Part shown: positions 16,556-26,856 of the stretch, one piece after another
Numbering within the stretch: the first letter of the stretch is position 1
Layout of the letters: every line of letters begins with the position of its first letter
NCBI GenBank assembly: GCA_037443945.1
Contig: JBBINH010000004.1
Span: 64,976 to 128,975 of the forward strand
DNA from: Caldilineales bacterium
Lineage (GTDB): Bacteria > Chloroflexota > Anaerolineae > J102
Direction: 5' to 3'
DNA: 64,000 nt
The notes under the pieces: model-generated
Told to the model about the DNA's origin: nothing
Seen by the model: only the letters and a program-made list of their open reading frames with translations
The model's database searches: none
Position numbers and translations under genes: made by a program

Positions 16556-17892
16556 GGGCGGGCCTCCACAGGAGAATCCACGAACAGGAAAAGCAAATCG
16601 TTGACGTTGGTGCGGGTGGGGCCGGTCTTAAGCAGGGCGCCGACGGCGGCGAGATAAGGATAGGCATCGTGACGACGCAGATGGTCCCAGGCATCCAGAC
16701 CGAGAGCGGCCCCGCGCGCCAGGGTAGTGCCGTCTACCACTCCGCCGGCGGCATCGGTCGGCCCGTCGCTACCGTCGGTAGCCAGGGCCACCAGGGTGAT
16801 GCCGGTGGTGCCGCTGAGGGCGATAGCCCCGGCCAGGGCCAGCTCCTGGTTGCGGCCGCCGCGCCCGGGTTGAGGCCCCAGGGTGACCGTCGTCTCACCA
16901 CCCAGGATGAGACAAGCCGGGGGCGGCACCGGACGATGGTGGGCCTGAGCCTCGCGGGCCAGAGCGACGGCAACACGGGCGACTTCGCGTGCTTCGCCTT
17001 CGAGAAAGGTGGTCAGGATAAGGCTGTGGTAGCCCTGACGGGTGGCGGCGGCGGCAGCGGCGGCGGCCGCCAGGGCGTTATCGCCGACGATGGCGATGCG
17101 GCTGCGGGCGAAGAGGGGGTCGCCGGGTTTGGGCGTATCGGCCACGGCGCCGGCCAGGCCGGCCTGGAGATGGTCGCGCACCGCAGTCGGCAGGTGATCG
17201 GCTAGGGCATAGCGCGTGATGACATCCCAGGCATCGGCCCAGGTGGTCGGATCGGCCACGGTTGGGCCGGAGGCGATGACATCGAGGGGATTGCCCACCA
17301 CATCGGAGAGGACCAGAGTGAGCAGGGTGGCCGGAGCCACAGCCGCCGCCAGACGGCCGCCTTTGAGGAGCGAGAGGTGCTTGCGTAAGGTGTTGATTTC
17401 CTGGATGGTGGCGCCGGAGGCCAACAGCAGCTCCGTGGTCCTCTGCAGATCGGCAGGGCTAATGCCTGCCGGAAGCGCCTCAAGCAGGGCCGAGCCCCCG
17501 CCGGACAGCAGGCAAATGACCAGATCGCGAGGACCGGCCTGATGGGCCAGGTGGAGCAGGGTGGCGCCGGCGGCCAGGCCGGCGGCGTCGGGTACGGGAT
17601 GACCGGCCTCAAGGACACGCACGCGACGGGTGGGGACACCGTGGCCGTATTTGACCACCACACAGCCTCCGCTAAGGTGCTCGCCGAGCACGCTCTCGAC
17701 GGCCTGGGCCATAGGCGCGGCGGCCTTGCCGGCGCCGATGACGACGATGCGGTCGAAATCGGCGTAGGCATAGTAGTGGTCGGCGGCCCAGAAGCCGGTC
17801 TCATCCCCGCGCAGGCAGGCGCGCACGGCGGCATAGGGGTCTACGGCGGCCAGTGCCGCAGCCAAGACGGCGTTTAGCGATGGGCTTGGCAT
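16552..17892 (-). CDS. Glycerate 2-kinase (MOFRL family).
   Basis: Glycine-rich nucleotide loops ([18 protein letters not shown]) and MOFRL C-terminal region. 4-bp overlap with add. Confidence 0.7.
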   Translation of the reverse strand: MPSPSLNAVLAAALAAVDPYAAVRACLRGDETGFWAADHYYAYADFDRIVVIGAGKAAAPMAQAVESVLGEHLSGGCVVVKYGHGVPTRRVRVLEAGHPVPDAAGLAAGATLLHLAHQAGPRDLVICLLSGGGSALLEALPAGISPADLQRTTELLLASGATIQEINTLRKHLSLLKGGRLAAAVAPATLLTLVLSDVVGNPLDVIASGPTVADPTTWADAWDVITRYALADHLPTAVRDHLQAGLAGAVADTPKPGDPLFARSRIAIVGDNALAAAAAAAAATRQGYHSLILTTFLEGEAREVARVAVALAREAQAHHRPVPPPACLILGGETTVTLGPQPGRGGRNQELALAGAIALSGTTGITLVALATDGSDGPTDAAGGVVDGTTLARGAALGLDAWDHLRRHDAYPYLAAVGALLKTGPTRTNVNDLLFLFVDSPVEARP

Positions 17893-18009
17893 AGGACGGA
17901 GTGTATCAGAAAGGAGCCGGGGCGCGAAAACGTGCCCGCCGGGGCCGACCGACTCGAATGGGGAGGCGGGAGCGCAAGCGGGGGCGCCGGTTCTGTATCC
18001 TGATCACCT

Positions 18010-18900
18010 CTATACACCCGGGACGCCAACGGCCAGGCGCGCGACCAATCCGTCCCGCAACGGGCCGGTCACCGTCGCCATCTGGTTCTGCCAGCCATCG
18101 CGAAAGACGCCGTCGCGTTCCAGCGACAGTCGGCCCAGATTGTTCAAACTGTTGCCGTACTGCGGATCGGCATAGACTTGCCGACAAATCGCTTCGGGCA
18201 AGGCCAGTTGCGAGGTGTACACAACATGGCGGGCCTCGGTGGCCTGAGCGAGCGATGGATAGACCTCAAAGTGCACATGCGGCCAGCGTCCGGAGTAGCA
18301 GCCGGGGAAGATCGTCTGAAAAACGACCATGCCGTTGGCGTCGGCAGCCTGTACACCGCGCAGGTAGTCTTCACCTTCCACCCCCTCGCTATACATCGAA
18401 TACCGTCCCTGCGCATCACAATGCCAGGCGTATAAGGCGTAACCGGCCAGGGGAGCGCAATCGCCGCCGGCGCGCACCAGTTTCAGTTCCAGTCGGAGTG
18501 GAATACCGGCGGCGGTATGGCCCGTACCGAGACTGGTGCGAATGTCCTGGCGCACGACGCCCGATCGCATCAGCACGTTGAGACCGGCGCCCTGTGAGCC
18601 GTTGCCGGGGAAGGGGCCTGCGGTTTCCGGTGGAATCGGTGAGACGCATTCCGCAGCCGCTGCCGTGGTCGGGTTGGTTGCCGTGGCGGTTGCACGGGCG
18701 GTCGTGGCCGTCGGCGGCCTGGTCGGTGTTGCCATCGGGCCGGCCGCGTTATCCGGAGTCGTTGCGGGCACGGTCGTTGGCCCAACGGTCGCTCGGCCTG
18801 CCTGACCGGCAAAGGGCGTACAACCGGCCAGAAAACCGACAAGCCCTGCCAGTCCTAACTGCAAAAGCCGGCGTCGGGTGAGAAGCGATTGCTGCAACAT
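18010..18900 (-). CDS. Secreted (Tat signal, lipoprotein-like Cys) intradiol ring-cleavage dioxygenase family protein.
   Basis: Twin-arginine motif TRRRLLQLGLAG followed by Cys. Dioxygenase core (YAWHCDAQGRYS...GRWPHVHFEV). Start chosen at ATG 18898-18900; the longer ORF to 19011 is possible. Confidence 0.6.
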   Translation of the reverse strand: MLQQSLLTRRRLLQLGLAGLVGFLAGCTPFAGQAGRATVGPTTVPATTPDNAAGPMATPTRPPTATTARATATATNPTTAAAAECVSPIPPETAGPFPGNGSQGAGLNVLMRSGVVRQDIRTSLGTGHTAAGIPLRLELKLVRAGGDCAPLAGYALYAWHCDAQGRYSMYSEGVEGEDYLRGVQAADANGMVVFQTIFPGCYSGRWPHVHFEVYPSLAQATEARHVVYTSQLALPEAICRQVYADPQYGNSLNNLGRLSLERDGVFRDGWQNQMATVTGPLRDGLVARLAVGVPGV

Positions 18901-19189
18901 GGCCAAATCCGCCTGAAGGCCAAGATCGAAGCGATCGCGCCGTTCTTGTTCCATAGAGCACCTCCTTCTATCAGGGCGTGGTAGGCGGTAGTATAGCGAA
19001 TCTTGGGTCAAAGTGTGAGGGGCATGAGTGCGACCGGGCTTGGGGCGGTTCTGGAACCGTTCATCGGCTTATGGGGCCCGGCCGGCCCATAGTCCGTCCG
19101 TTCGCCGGCCGAGGACAAAAAATTCCGTAGCTCCGATCCGCACGGGCCGAAGCTACGGAAGCGTGTGCTGCGGCACGGTCGGGGACAGG

Positions 19190-19624
19190 CTATTGCCCGG
19201 ATGCCGGCGGCTCGCCCTTGCTCTCCAGGCGGGTGATGATTTCATCCAGCTCGCGGTTGAGCACCTTCAAGCCTTTGACCAGGTTTTCGCGCAGATCGGC
19301 CGTCACTTTACCTGTGCGCACGGCTTCGACGGCCTTGGCCGCGCGTTCCTCAAGCTGTTTGGCCGTTTCCGAAGCGCGGGCTTTGGCCAGGGCTTCGTTG
19401 ACTTCCTGGACGATGTTGCTAAAGCCTTCGCGCACTTCGTTTTCCACCTGATGCCACTGCGGACTGTTGATGGCCGTCTGGATGGTAGTCGCCAGTTTCT
19501 GGCCAAGGGTGGTCAGTTCCTCTAACACGGAGGCAGCAGGGCCGCCGGTTTTGGCGCCGGCCGCGCCGGGTTCCGGTGGCGTTCCGGTTTCGGGAGTCGG
19601 GGTGGTTTCCGGTTCGGTACTCAT
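19190..19624 (-). CDS. Hypothetical protein (Pro/Thr/Glu-rich N-terminus, helical charged C-terminal region).
   Basis: ORF with start MSTEPETT. No recognisable motif. Real coding status uncertain. Confidence 0.35.
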   Translation of the reverse strand: MSTEPETTPTPETGTPPEPGAAGAKTGGPAASVLEELTTLGQKLATTIQTAINSPQWHQVENEVREGFSNIVQEVNEALAKARASETAKQLEERAAKAVEAVRTGKVTADLRENLVKGLKVLNRELDEIITRLESKGEPPASGQ

Positions 19625-19729
19625 GGTCTCAAACCTCCGCTGAGAAAGGAAGGGATAATACGATACATTCAGTATAGCACGCACGGCCCCGATCGAGGAA
19701 GCGGTTATGCGAGGCTCTGTCCGGCGCCG

Positions 19730-20527
19730 TCACCCTGTCGGCCGGTTCGATATCGGTTCCTGCGACGATCTGTGGGTATGACACACGCCGCAGGCCTCGC
19801 AGAGGTCTTCGGCCTGGGTACCCGTCAGGAGGCCGCGAGCAGCCCGCCAGGCGACCAGTTTGGCCGCCTCCTCCCGCGGAAGCGGAGCTTCGCTGCCCAG
19901 TTCGACCAGAGCCTTGGTGATCAGAGCAGCGTGTTCCAGGCGTTCCAGCTTGAGATACGCATCGAGGGCGCTTTTGCCCACGGTCACGCTGCCATGACGT
20001 TGCAGGATCAGGGCATCGTACGATTCGATCAAACCGGCAATGACCTGCGCGCCTTCGGCCGAGGCCGGTGTGGCATAGGCCGTTGTCGGGATCAACCCCA
20101 GACCCATGATCACCTCCGGCAGCACGCAGCGGGCCAGGGAAATCCCGGCAATGGACAGGGCAATGGCCATGGGCGGATGGGCGTGAACCACGCTGCGGAT
20201 ATCGGGCCGTCGTCGATAGGCCTCCAGATGGAGCAGGATCTCGCTGGACACGCGCAGATGCCGGGTAGGGCCGTAGCGCGCAATGGGTTCACCGCGGCCA
20301 TCCACGAGCAGAAGTTGCTCAGGCCGCAGCAGACCCTTGGAGAAACCGCTGGGCGTGACCAGGTAACGGTCGCTGTCCAGCCGCACACTCACGTTGCCGT
20401 CGGTGGCGGCGATGTAGTTTTTCTCCCACATCAGGCGACAGACCTGGACGATTTCCTGTCGCCATTCTTGTTCGCTGCGGGGTCGTTCTATCTCGCCGGA
20501 AGTGCCGCTATGGCGGATGAGGGTCAT
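19730..20527 (-). CDS. Class II aldolase/adducin-family protein.
   Basis: Class II aldolase fold motifs (NVSVR, HAHPP). Confidence 0.65.
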   Translation of the reverse strand: MTLIRHSGTSGEIERPRSEQEWRQEIVQVCRLMWEKNYIAATDGNVSVRLDSDRYLVTPSGFSKGLLRPEQLLLVDGRGEPIARYGPTRHLRVSSEILLHLEAYRRRPDIRSVVHAHPPMAIALSIAGISLARCVLPEVIMGLGLIPTTAYATPASAEGAQVIAGLIESYDALILQRHGSVTVGKSALDAYLKLERLEHAALITKALVELGSEAPLPREEAAKLVAWRAARGLLTGTQAEDLCEACGVCHTHRSSQEPISNRPTG

Positions 20528-20560
20528 CTGCGCTCACCTCCCATGGGGAAGAAAGAATCG

Positions 20561-21922
20561 TCACACGATGTCAATGCCGTGCCGGTGGGCCTGTCGTCGA
20601 ATGGCGAGGAGCAGGCCGCCGGTCAGCGCCATGCCTATACTGCCGAGGACGAAGACGATGGCAAAGTTCGTCCATTGGGCCACGTAGCCGCTGGCAAAGG
20701 CGCCGAGGATGGACCCTAAACTGACTGCGGTGTTATAGGCGCCCACGGCCGTCCCTTCGTTTCCTTTGGGCGCCAGATGGGCTACGGCCGCATTCCCGCC
20801 GACGGCAATGCCGGCCCAACTAAAACCGCTGATCCCCTGCAATACGAACAGGGCCAGTTCGGCCGTCCACCCGCGCAAGGCCAGGATGGAAACCAAAGCA
20901 AAACCGCCGAATACCCCCACCCGTAGCCCCACGGCCAGCACCTGAATGCTCATGCTCCCACTCCGGCCGGCGCGACGACCCATCCACCGATAGGAGAGGG
21001 TCGCCGCCAGGCTGTTGATCAACCCCATGATGAACACGCTCACCGTCGTACTGCCCAGCTCCTGACGTTGCCATACGGCGAAAACGGTGTAGGCGAATAC
21101 CGAAGAGGTGAACAAAACTAGGGTGGCGAGGTAGTAGGCGATCAACGGCTCGCGCAGCATCCGTAGCCACCAACGTGGTGGCATGCGCCCGGCATGGAGG
21201 CTATTCCACGGATGGAGCAACGCAACCAGCAGCCGGGATATGTCTTGGGGTCGAGTGGCGCTCAACCGTACGCGCAGAGAATGGGGCTTGGGGGCATAGA
21301 GGCGGGAAGTCCACCGCCAGGCCATCACCACACTGAGCATGCCCACCAGACCGCTAAACCACCACAGCGAACGTTGGGCCAGGGCGTTGCCCACAAGCGC
21401 GGTGACATACCCTATCCAAATCAGGCCCAGTACCCGTCCTGCCACCACGCCCCAACCGCCGATCTGATTGAAGCGACCGAAGGCCTCTTTCCACTCCTCC
21501 TTGGGGATCAGGTCCATGATCAGCGTGCTGCTCACCGGTGTACCGGCCACGCTCCAGACGCCGAGCAGGACGGTCAGCAACACGAATTGAGAGACATCGC
21601 GGCTGAAGCCCATCAACAAGGTGGGTAGGGCAAAGCCTAAAAAACCGAACGCCAGATAGAACTTGCGTGGACCGATGCGGTCGCTCAACCAGCCCCAGGC
21701 CAGGGCAGCCGGTGCGCTCACGGCGCTGCCCAGGGCACTGATGAGCCCCACCTGGGCTACGGTACCGCCCAGGACTTCGGTAATGAACAACGGCGGCAGG
21801 CTGAGGGTGCTGCCGGTAGCCATACGCTGGGGGACGACGCTGTAGAACCAGCGTCGCGCCGTTGGCGTCGGTTTACGGATGAGCGCAGAGGAAGTGGACA
21901 AGGGAAACCCCGCCAAAAACAC
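20561..21922 (-). CDS. MFS transporter.
   Basis: 12-14 predicted TM segments. MFS-like loop motifs. Confidence 0.7.
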   Translation of the reverse strand: MFLAGFPLSTSSALIRKPTPTARRWFYSVVPQRMATGSTLSLPPLFITEVLGGTVAQVGLISALGSAVSAPAALAWGWLSDRIGPRKFYLAFGFLGFALPTLLMGFSRDVSQFVLLTVLLGVWSVAGTPVSSTLIMDLIPKEEWKEAFGRFNQIGGWGVVAGRVLGLIWIGYVTALVGNALAQRSLWWFSGLVGMLSVVMAWRWTSRLYAPKPHSLRVRLSATRPQDISRLLVALLHPWNSLHAGRMPPRWWLRMLREPLIAYYLATLVLFTSSVFAYTVFAVWQRQELGSTTVSVFIMGLINSLAATLSYRWMGRRAGRSGSMSIQVLAVGLRVGVFGGFALVSILALRGWTAELALFVLQGISGFSWAGIAVGGNAAVAHLAPKGNEGTAVGAYNTAVSLGSILGAFASGYVAQWTNFAIVFVLGSIGMALTGGLLLAIRRQAHRHGIDIV

Positions 21923-21990
21923 GTGGGTAGCAGGTAGCCGGAAACCCGATGACAGGCGCAGGCGTCTTGTCGGGTTCCACCGGCAGCGCT

Positions 21991-23259
21991 TCAGGTGACA
22001 AGAGGACGGACATGACGATAGGGTTCATAGCGTTTCTCGGCGACAATGGTCGCCAGGGCCATAGCAGTCTCATAAAGGTCCGTGAAGGAGGTGTACAGAG
22101 GCGCCACGCCGAAACGGATGGTATCGGGTGGCCGAAAATCGGGCAGGATTCCGAACTCGCGGATCAGGGCCAGATTGATGGCCAGCCCTTCGGCATGTCC
22201 CAGGGCAACGTGCGAACCGCGGCGGTCGGGGTCGCGCGGGGACTGCAGCCGAAAGCCCAACGGAGCCAACATCTCTTCCCAGAGGGCGACGAAATAAGTC
22301 GTTTGCCGGACCGATTTGGCACGCACGGCCTCCATCCCCACCTCGAGCAGCAAATCCACACCGGGTTCGATCAGGGAGAGACTGACGATGCTCGGGGTCC
22401 CGGTCAGAAACCGGCGCAGCCCTGGGGCCGGACGATAGCTGAGGGCAAAATCGAACACGGAGGCGCTGCCCATCCATCCGCTGATGGGGTTGGCAAGCCA
22501 CGGCTGAAGGTCACGGTGGATGTACAGAAAAGCCGGCGCGCCGGGCCCGCCGTTGAGGTATTTGTAGGTGCAGCCGACGGCCAGATCGGCCCCGGCAGCC
22601 GTCAGATCGAGGGGTAGGGCGCCCACCGAGTGGCTGAGATCCCATAGGATGAGGGCACCTGCGGCATGGGCCGCCTGGGTCAGCTCGGCCAGGTCGTAGG
22701 TGTAACCGCTCTTGAAGGCCGTATGAGAGAGCACCACCAGGGCGACATCCGTATCCAGCCGTTCCCGGAGGCCTGCCACCGGACCGTGGATGCCGTCCGG
22801 CGAAGGCACGATCTCCAGCCGGTGTCGTCCTCCCAGCAGGCGGATGATGCCTTCCAAGATATACAAGTCGGAAGGGAACTGGAGATCGTCGCTAAGGATG
22901 CGATGGCGGTCGGGCCGGTATTGCAGCGCCGCCACCACGAGTTTGAAGAGATTGACCGAGGTGGAGTCGGCCACGATGACCTCATCGGCTTGCGCGCCGA
23001 TGAGCCGGGCAATCTTGGCGCCTACCCGTTCCGGCGCTTCCAACCAGCCTTCGTTCCAACCCCGGATCAGGCGCTCACCCCACTGTTGGCCTACCACGGC
23101 CGTCGCCAGCTCTGCGGTCGCGCGCGGCAGGCGTCCCAACGAATTGCCGTCCAGATAAATCAGGTCGGGTTCGGCGATGACAAAACGGTCGCGCAGGCCG
23201 CGTAGGGGGTCGGCGGCATCCAGCGCCAGAGCGACATCACGCTGCCCAAGGCGAGTCAT
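21991..23259 (-). CDS. kynU: Kynureninase.
   Basis: N-terminal YLDGNSLG and PLP-fold pattern characteristic of kynureninase. Confidence 0.8.
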   Translation of the reverse strand: MTRLGQRDVALALDAADPLRGLRDRFVIAEPDLIYLDGNSLGRLPRATAELATAVVGQQWGERLIRGWNEGWLEAPERVGAKIARLIGAQADEVIVADSTSVNLFKLVVAALQYRPDRHRILSDDLQFPSDLYILEGIIRLLGGRHRLEIVPSPDGIHGPVAGLRERLDTDVALVVLSHTAFKSGYTYDLAELTQAAHAAGALILWDLSHSVGALPLDLTAAGADLAVGCTYKYLNGGPGAPAFLYIHRDLQPWLANPISGWMGSASVFDFALSYRPAPGLRRFLTGTPSIVSLSLIEPGVDLLLEVGMEAVRAKSVRQTTYFVALWEEMLAPLGFRLQSPRDPDRRGSHVALGHAEGLAINLALIREFGILPDFRPPDTIRFGVAPLYTSFTDLYETAMALATIVAEKRYEPYRHVRPLVT

Positions 23260-23885
23260 GGCAGAGTACGAAGGGCGGCTCGCACCGGACTGCCGTCACC
23301 GCCGGCGATCTTGAGAGGGAGGGCCACCAGTTCGTAAAGACCGTCGCTTACCCCGGCCAGATAGAGCCCTTCGAGGATGGCAATGCCATGCCGTCGCAGG
23401 GCATGATGGCCGGGCAGCGCTTTGCTGGTCATGGCGTCCATCGAGGGTGCCTCGCTGCCGAAAAGCCGAACGCCATACCGGGCCAGATGGGCGGCCAGCG
23501 CAGGAGATGGGTAGATGTACGTCTCGGGAAAGATGCCGGGGTCAGGAGGACCGACGGCCGTCCGCACGAGCAACCGCGGGGCCGCACGCAGGTCGACATG
23601 GGCCAGATCGGAGGGTTCCAGGGGGCCGGCCGTCTTGGTCACCGTGACGACCTGGGCCGGGCCCCAAAACGGCTCCAGATCGAGGGCGGCGATATCGGGA
23701 CCGGTGGGGTCGAAATGAACAGGCGCATCCACGTGGGTGCCGGTGTGGGCGCTCATCACCAGGGTGCTCAGGTTAACGGCATCGCCTGCCGCCAGACTGA
23801 GGATGACTTCGCGGCGGAAAGGAGTGTCCCCCGGCCACACGGCCAGGGTCGGTGAGAGGGTGTGGCTGATATCGAAAACGGTCAT
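23256..23885 (-). CDS. kynB: Kynurenine formamidase / cyclase-family arylformamidase.
   Basis: Cyclase-family motif HTGTHVDAPVH. ATGA overlap with downstream oxidoreductase stop and 4-bp overlap with kynU. The long ORF to 24209 is an arginine-rich N-terminal extension judged spurious. Confidence 0.7.
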   Translation of the reverse strand: MTVFDISHTLSPTLAVWPGDTPFRREVILSLAAGDAVNLSTLVMSAHTGTHVDAPVHFDPTGPDIAALDLEPFWGPAQVVTVTKTAGPLEPSDLAHVDLRAAPRLLVRTAVGPPDPGIFPETYIYPSPALAAHLARYGVRLFGSEAPSMDAMTSKALPGHHALRRHGIAILEGLYLAGVSDGLYELVALPLKIAGGDGSPVRAALRTLP

Positions 23886-24889
23886 GAAGTGATGGCGCGC
23901 AGTTCGATGGGATGACCGTCGGCAGCGGCGCGATAAAGGGCCAGGGCGGTTTGCACATGGCCACGCGAGGCCGCCAGCGAGACGTGGGGTGGTTTGCCGT
24001 CGAGGATGGCGGCATGCATGTCTTCGACCTCCGCCAGATACCAGTTCTCGGCGGGAAACGTCAGGATTTGCGGTTCGCCTTCGGCCGGATACCAGGCCAT
24101 CTCGATGGGGATATCGTCGTAGCCGGGGATAAAGGGCCGATTGAAGACCAGGCGGCCTTCGGTACCGATGATCTCGGCCATGGTGTAGAAGGGCACCCGG
24201 AACGAGCAACCGATCTGGGCCACGGCTCCGCTTGCGTAGTGCATCTGTCCGGCGAAGACTTCATCGACGCCGGTGTCGCCGATCTGGGCCCGTCCCCACA
24301 CCTGTTGGGGCAGCATGCCGAGCATGAACTGGGCGAAGCTGATAGGATAGACGCCGATATCCCATAAACTGCCGCCGCCTTTGTCCGGGTCCAACCGAAT
24401 GTTATGGGGTCGGTCGCTGATACGAAAGCTGAAGTAACCGCGCACCAGGGTGATCTCGCCAAGACGGCCCTCGCGCACCCAGGCCTGGGCCAGTTTGGTC
24501 TGCGGGAGATGGAGGTACATAAAGGCTTCGGCCAGGATACGGTTGTGGGCCTGGGCGGCTGCGGCCATGCGGTCCACTTCGGCCAGCGTGAGGGCCAGCG
24601 GCTTTTCGCAAAGGACATGCTTGCCGGCTTCCAGCGCTCGTATCGTCCACTCGCAATGGAGATGATTGGGCAGGCTGATGTAAACGGCATCCACGGCATC
24701 GCTGTTCAGCATCGCCTCGTAGCTGCCGAAATGGTGGGGGATATTCCAACCGCGGGCATAGGCGGCAGCTGTCTCTGGCTTGCGGCTGGCCACGGCGACA
24801 AGTTGACCTCGCGCCGAAGCGCGAATGGCAGGGATCAAACGGCGGTTGATACGGGCCGTCGAAAGCAGGCCCCAGCGTACAGAAGTCAT
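23882..24889 (-). CDS. Gfo/Idh/MocA-family NAD(P)-dependent oxidoreductase.
   Basis: N-terminal Rossmann VRWGLLSTARI...EKP motif. Confidence 0.75.
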   Translation of the reverse strand: MTSVRWGLLSTARINRRLIPAIRASARGQLVAVASRKPETAAAYARGWNIPHHFGSYEAMLNSDAVDAVYISLPNHLHCEWTIRALEAGKHVLCEKPLALTLAEVDRMAAAAQAHNRILAEAFMYLHLPQTKLAQAWVREGRLGEITLVRGYFSFRISDRPHNIRLDPDKGGGSLWDIGVYPISFAQFMLGMLPQQVWGRAQIGDTGVDEVFAGQMHYASGAVAQIGCSFRVPFYTMAEIIGTEGRLVFNRPFIPGYDDIPIEMAWYPAEGEPQILTFPAENWYLAEVEDMHAAILDGKPPHVSLAASRGHVQTALALYRAAADGHPIELRAITS

Positions 24890-25079
24890 GGCAGTAATCC
24901 GGTGTTGAAGATGAATGGGGCAAGTGTACCACGGAGCGGCCGGGGAGGCCACTTTGGCCAATCCCTTGCCTCCTTAAGACGGTTCCGGACGGCGGTTCGG
25001 TAGGACAGGTAGGCTAACTGCCCTTGTATCGACTTTTTGGGTATAATAGGGCGTATCTTCCCAGCCGTATGAGGGTTTT

Positions 25080-26120
25080 TTGGCTTCCGATCCTGTGGCC
25101 GTGACGACTCCATCGCCTCTTTCCCGCCTCGGGTTGGCGCCGGGTACGGTCCTGCGCGAGCGCTACGAGATTCTGGAACGGATCGGGCAGGGCGGTATGG
25201 GCGCCGTATACAAGGCTGCGGATAAACGGCTTGTCGGTCGTCTGTGTGCGGTTAAAGAAATCTTGCCGGGTCTGACCGTTTATGCCGAGGAGCTGACCGC
25301 CTATCAGGAGCAGTTCTACCAGGAGGCCAGCCTGCTGGCACAGCTCGATCATCCCAATCTGCCCAAGGTCAGCGATTACTTTTCGGAGGATGGTCGTGAG
25401 TACCTGGTGATGGATTACGTGCCCGGCCGTGATCTGCGTGAGATCATCGAGGAGGCCCGGGTGCGCGGCGTTTTTCTGGACGAAAGTCAGGTTTTGGCAT
25501 GGGCACGACAGCTCTGCGACACCCTGGCCTATCTCCATAGTCGCAACCCAGTCATCCTCCATCGCGATATCAAGCCGGCCAACCTCAAGCTGACGCCGAG
25601 TGGGCATATCAAATTGGTGGATTTCGGGCTGGTCAAGGTTCTCAGCGGGGATGAAAATCGTACGGTTACGGTGGTCCAGGGACGAGGCACGGTGGCCTAT
25701 ACGCCGCTGGAGCAATACGGCGGCGATGCCAGCCATACCGACGTGCGCAGCGATATCTATGCCCTGGGCGCGACGCTTTACCACCTGCTCACCCTGCGGG
25801 CCCCGCTCGATGCCCGGCACCGGTTTCTGCATCCGGGCAGTCTACCCCCTCCGCGCACGATCAACCCGGCCATTTCGCCTGCGACCGAACAGGCCATTAT
25901 GGCGGCGATGGCCATGCATCCCGATGACCGTCCCGGTTCGATCGAGGATTTCGCCGATCGGCTTTTTGGCCGTTATGATACCGTTACCGTAGGCCAGGTG
26001 TTTGTGCCGCGTGAACCGACCTGGGGCGAAGCCGTGGCGGCCAACAAGCTCCTGGTTGGCATTACCATCCTCTTGTTGCTGCTTGCTTTTATCCTCAGCC
26101 TCGGCGGGTCGTTATCATGA
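25080..26120 (+). CDS. Ser/Thr protein kinase with C-terminal transmembrane anchor.
   Basis: [11 protein letters not shown]...[18 protein letters not shown]-like motifs. C-terminal hydrophobic helix. Confidence 0.8.
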   Translation: MASDPVAVTTPSPLSRLGLAPGTVLRERYEILERIGQGGMGAVYKAADKRLVGRLCAVKEILPGLTVYAEELTAYQEQFYQEASLLAQLDHPNLPKVSDYFSEDGREYLVMDYVPGRDLREIIEEARVRGVFLDESQVLAWARQLCDTLAYLHSRNPVILHRDIKPANLKLTPSGHIKLVDFGLVKVLSGDENRTVTVVQGRGTVAYTPLEQYGGDASHTDVRSDIYALGATLYHLLTLRAPLDARHRFLHPGSLPPPRTINPAISPATEQAIMAAMAMHPDDRPGSIEDFADRLFGRYDTVTVGQVFVPREPTWGEAVAANKLLVGITILLLLLAFILSLGGSLS

Positions 26121-26773
26121 GCATGCAACCGGAAGTCGCTATGGTGATCCTCCTCGATAGCGAGGGCGAAGGTCGGCGCTGGGCTTTGGACCGCGAACGC
26201 CTGGAGATCGGCCGCGATCCAAGCTGTGACATTCTGCTACCCGACCGTGTGGTCTCCCGGCATCACGCCATCATCGAGCGTTGCGAAGAGGGCTATGTGC
26301 TTAGGGATAACGGCTCGAAAAACGGCACCTTTGTCAATGGCGAACCGGTGAACGATGGTCATCTGTTGCGAGATGGTGATGAAATCCAAATCGCCTTGCG
26401 TTTTCGCCTGATTTTTGTGGCAGCCGGGGCAACGGCGCCCTTGAGTCCGCCACCGACGGAAGCCGGCAGCGGCGGTCTGCGCCTAGATGACACCCGACGC
26501 ACGGTCGAGCTGCGCGGCAAAGTGCTTGATCCACCGCTTTCGGCGGCCCAATATCGGTTGTTATCGTTGTTGATGCAGGCCAACGGGGCCGTGGTCGATC
26601 GCGATCAGATCGTAAGAAGTGTATGGCCGGATGTCGAAAGCGCCGGTGTAACCGAACAGGCCATCGATGCGTTGGTGCGCCGTCTGCGCGAGCGTCTGGC
26701 CGAGCTGGAACCCAACCATCAGTACATCATCACCGTGCGCGGGCATGGCTTTCGTTTTGAAAATCCGGCCTGA
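26117..26773 (+). CDS. FHA domain protein fused to an OmpR/PhoB-type winged-helix DNA-binding domain.
   Basis: FHA motif (RHHAIIER...[10 protein letters not shown]). C-terminal trans_reg_C-like segment ([12 protein letters not shown]...[11 protein letters not shown]). ATGA overlap with the kinase gene. Confidence 0.7.
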   Translation: MSMQPEVAMVILLDSEGEGRRWALDRERLEIGRDPSCDILLPDRVVSRHHAIIERCEEGYVLRDNGSKNGTFVNGEPVNDGHLLRDGDEIQIALRFRLIFVAAGATAPLSPPPTEAGSGGLRLDDTRRTVELRGKVLDPPLSAAQYRLLSLLMQANGAVVDRDQIVRSVWPDVESAGVTEQAIDALVRRLRERLAELEPNHQYIITVRGHGFRFENPA

Positions 26774-26856
26774 TCGGGGGCGCCCGCCCTCCTTGAAAGG
26801 CCCCAAGCGTGTGTCTGGCGAGCTCCCTGCACTCTTGCGCCTGCGTTGCCTCCGAC

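Noticed and set aside
23256-24209. 317-aa version of kynB extending to 24209.
   Set aside because: The N-terminal 108 codons are an arginine-rich low-complexity extension overlapping the Gfo/Idh/MocA gene. ATG 23883-23885 forms a classic ATGA overlap with the upstream stop.
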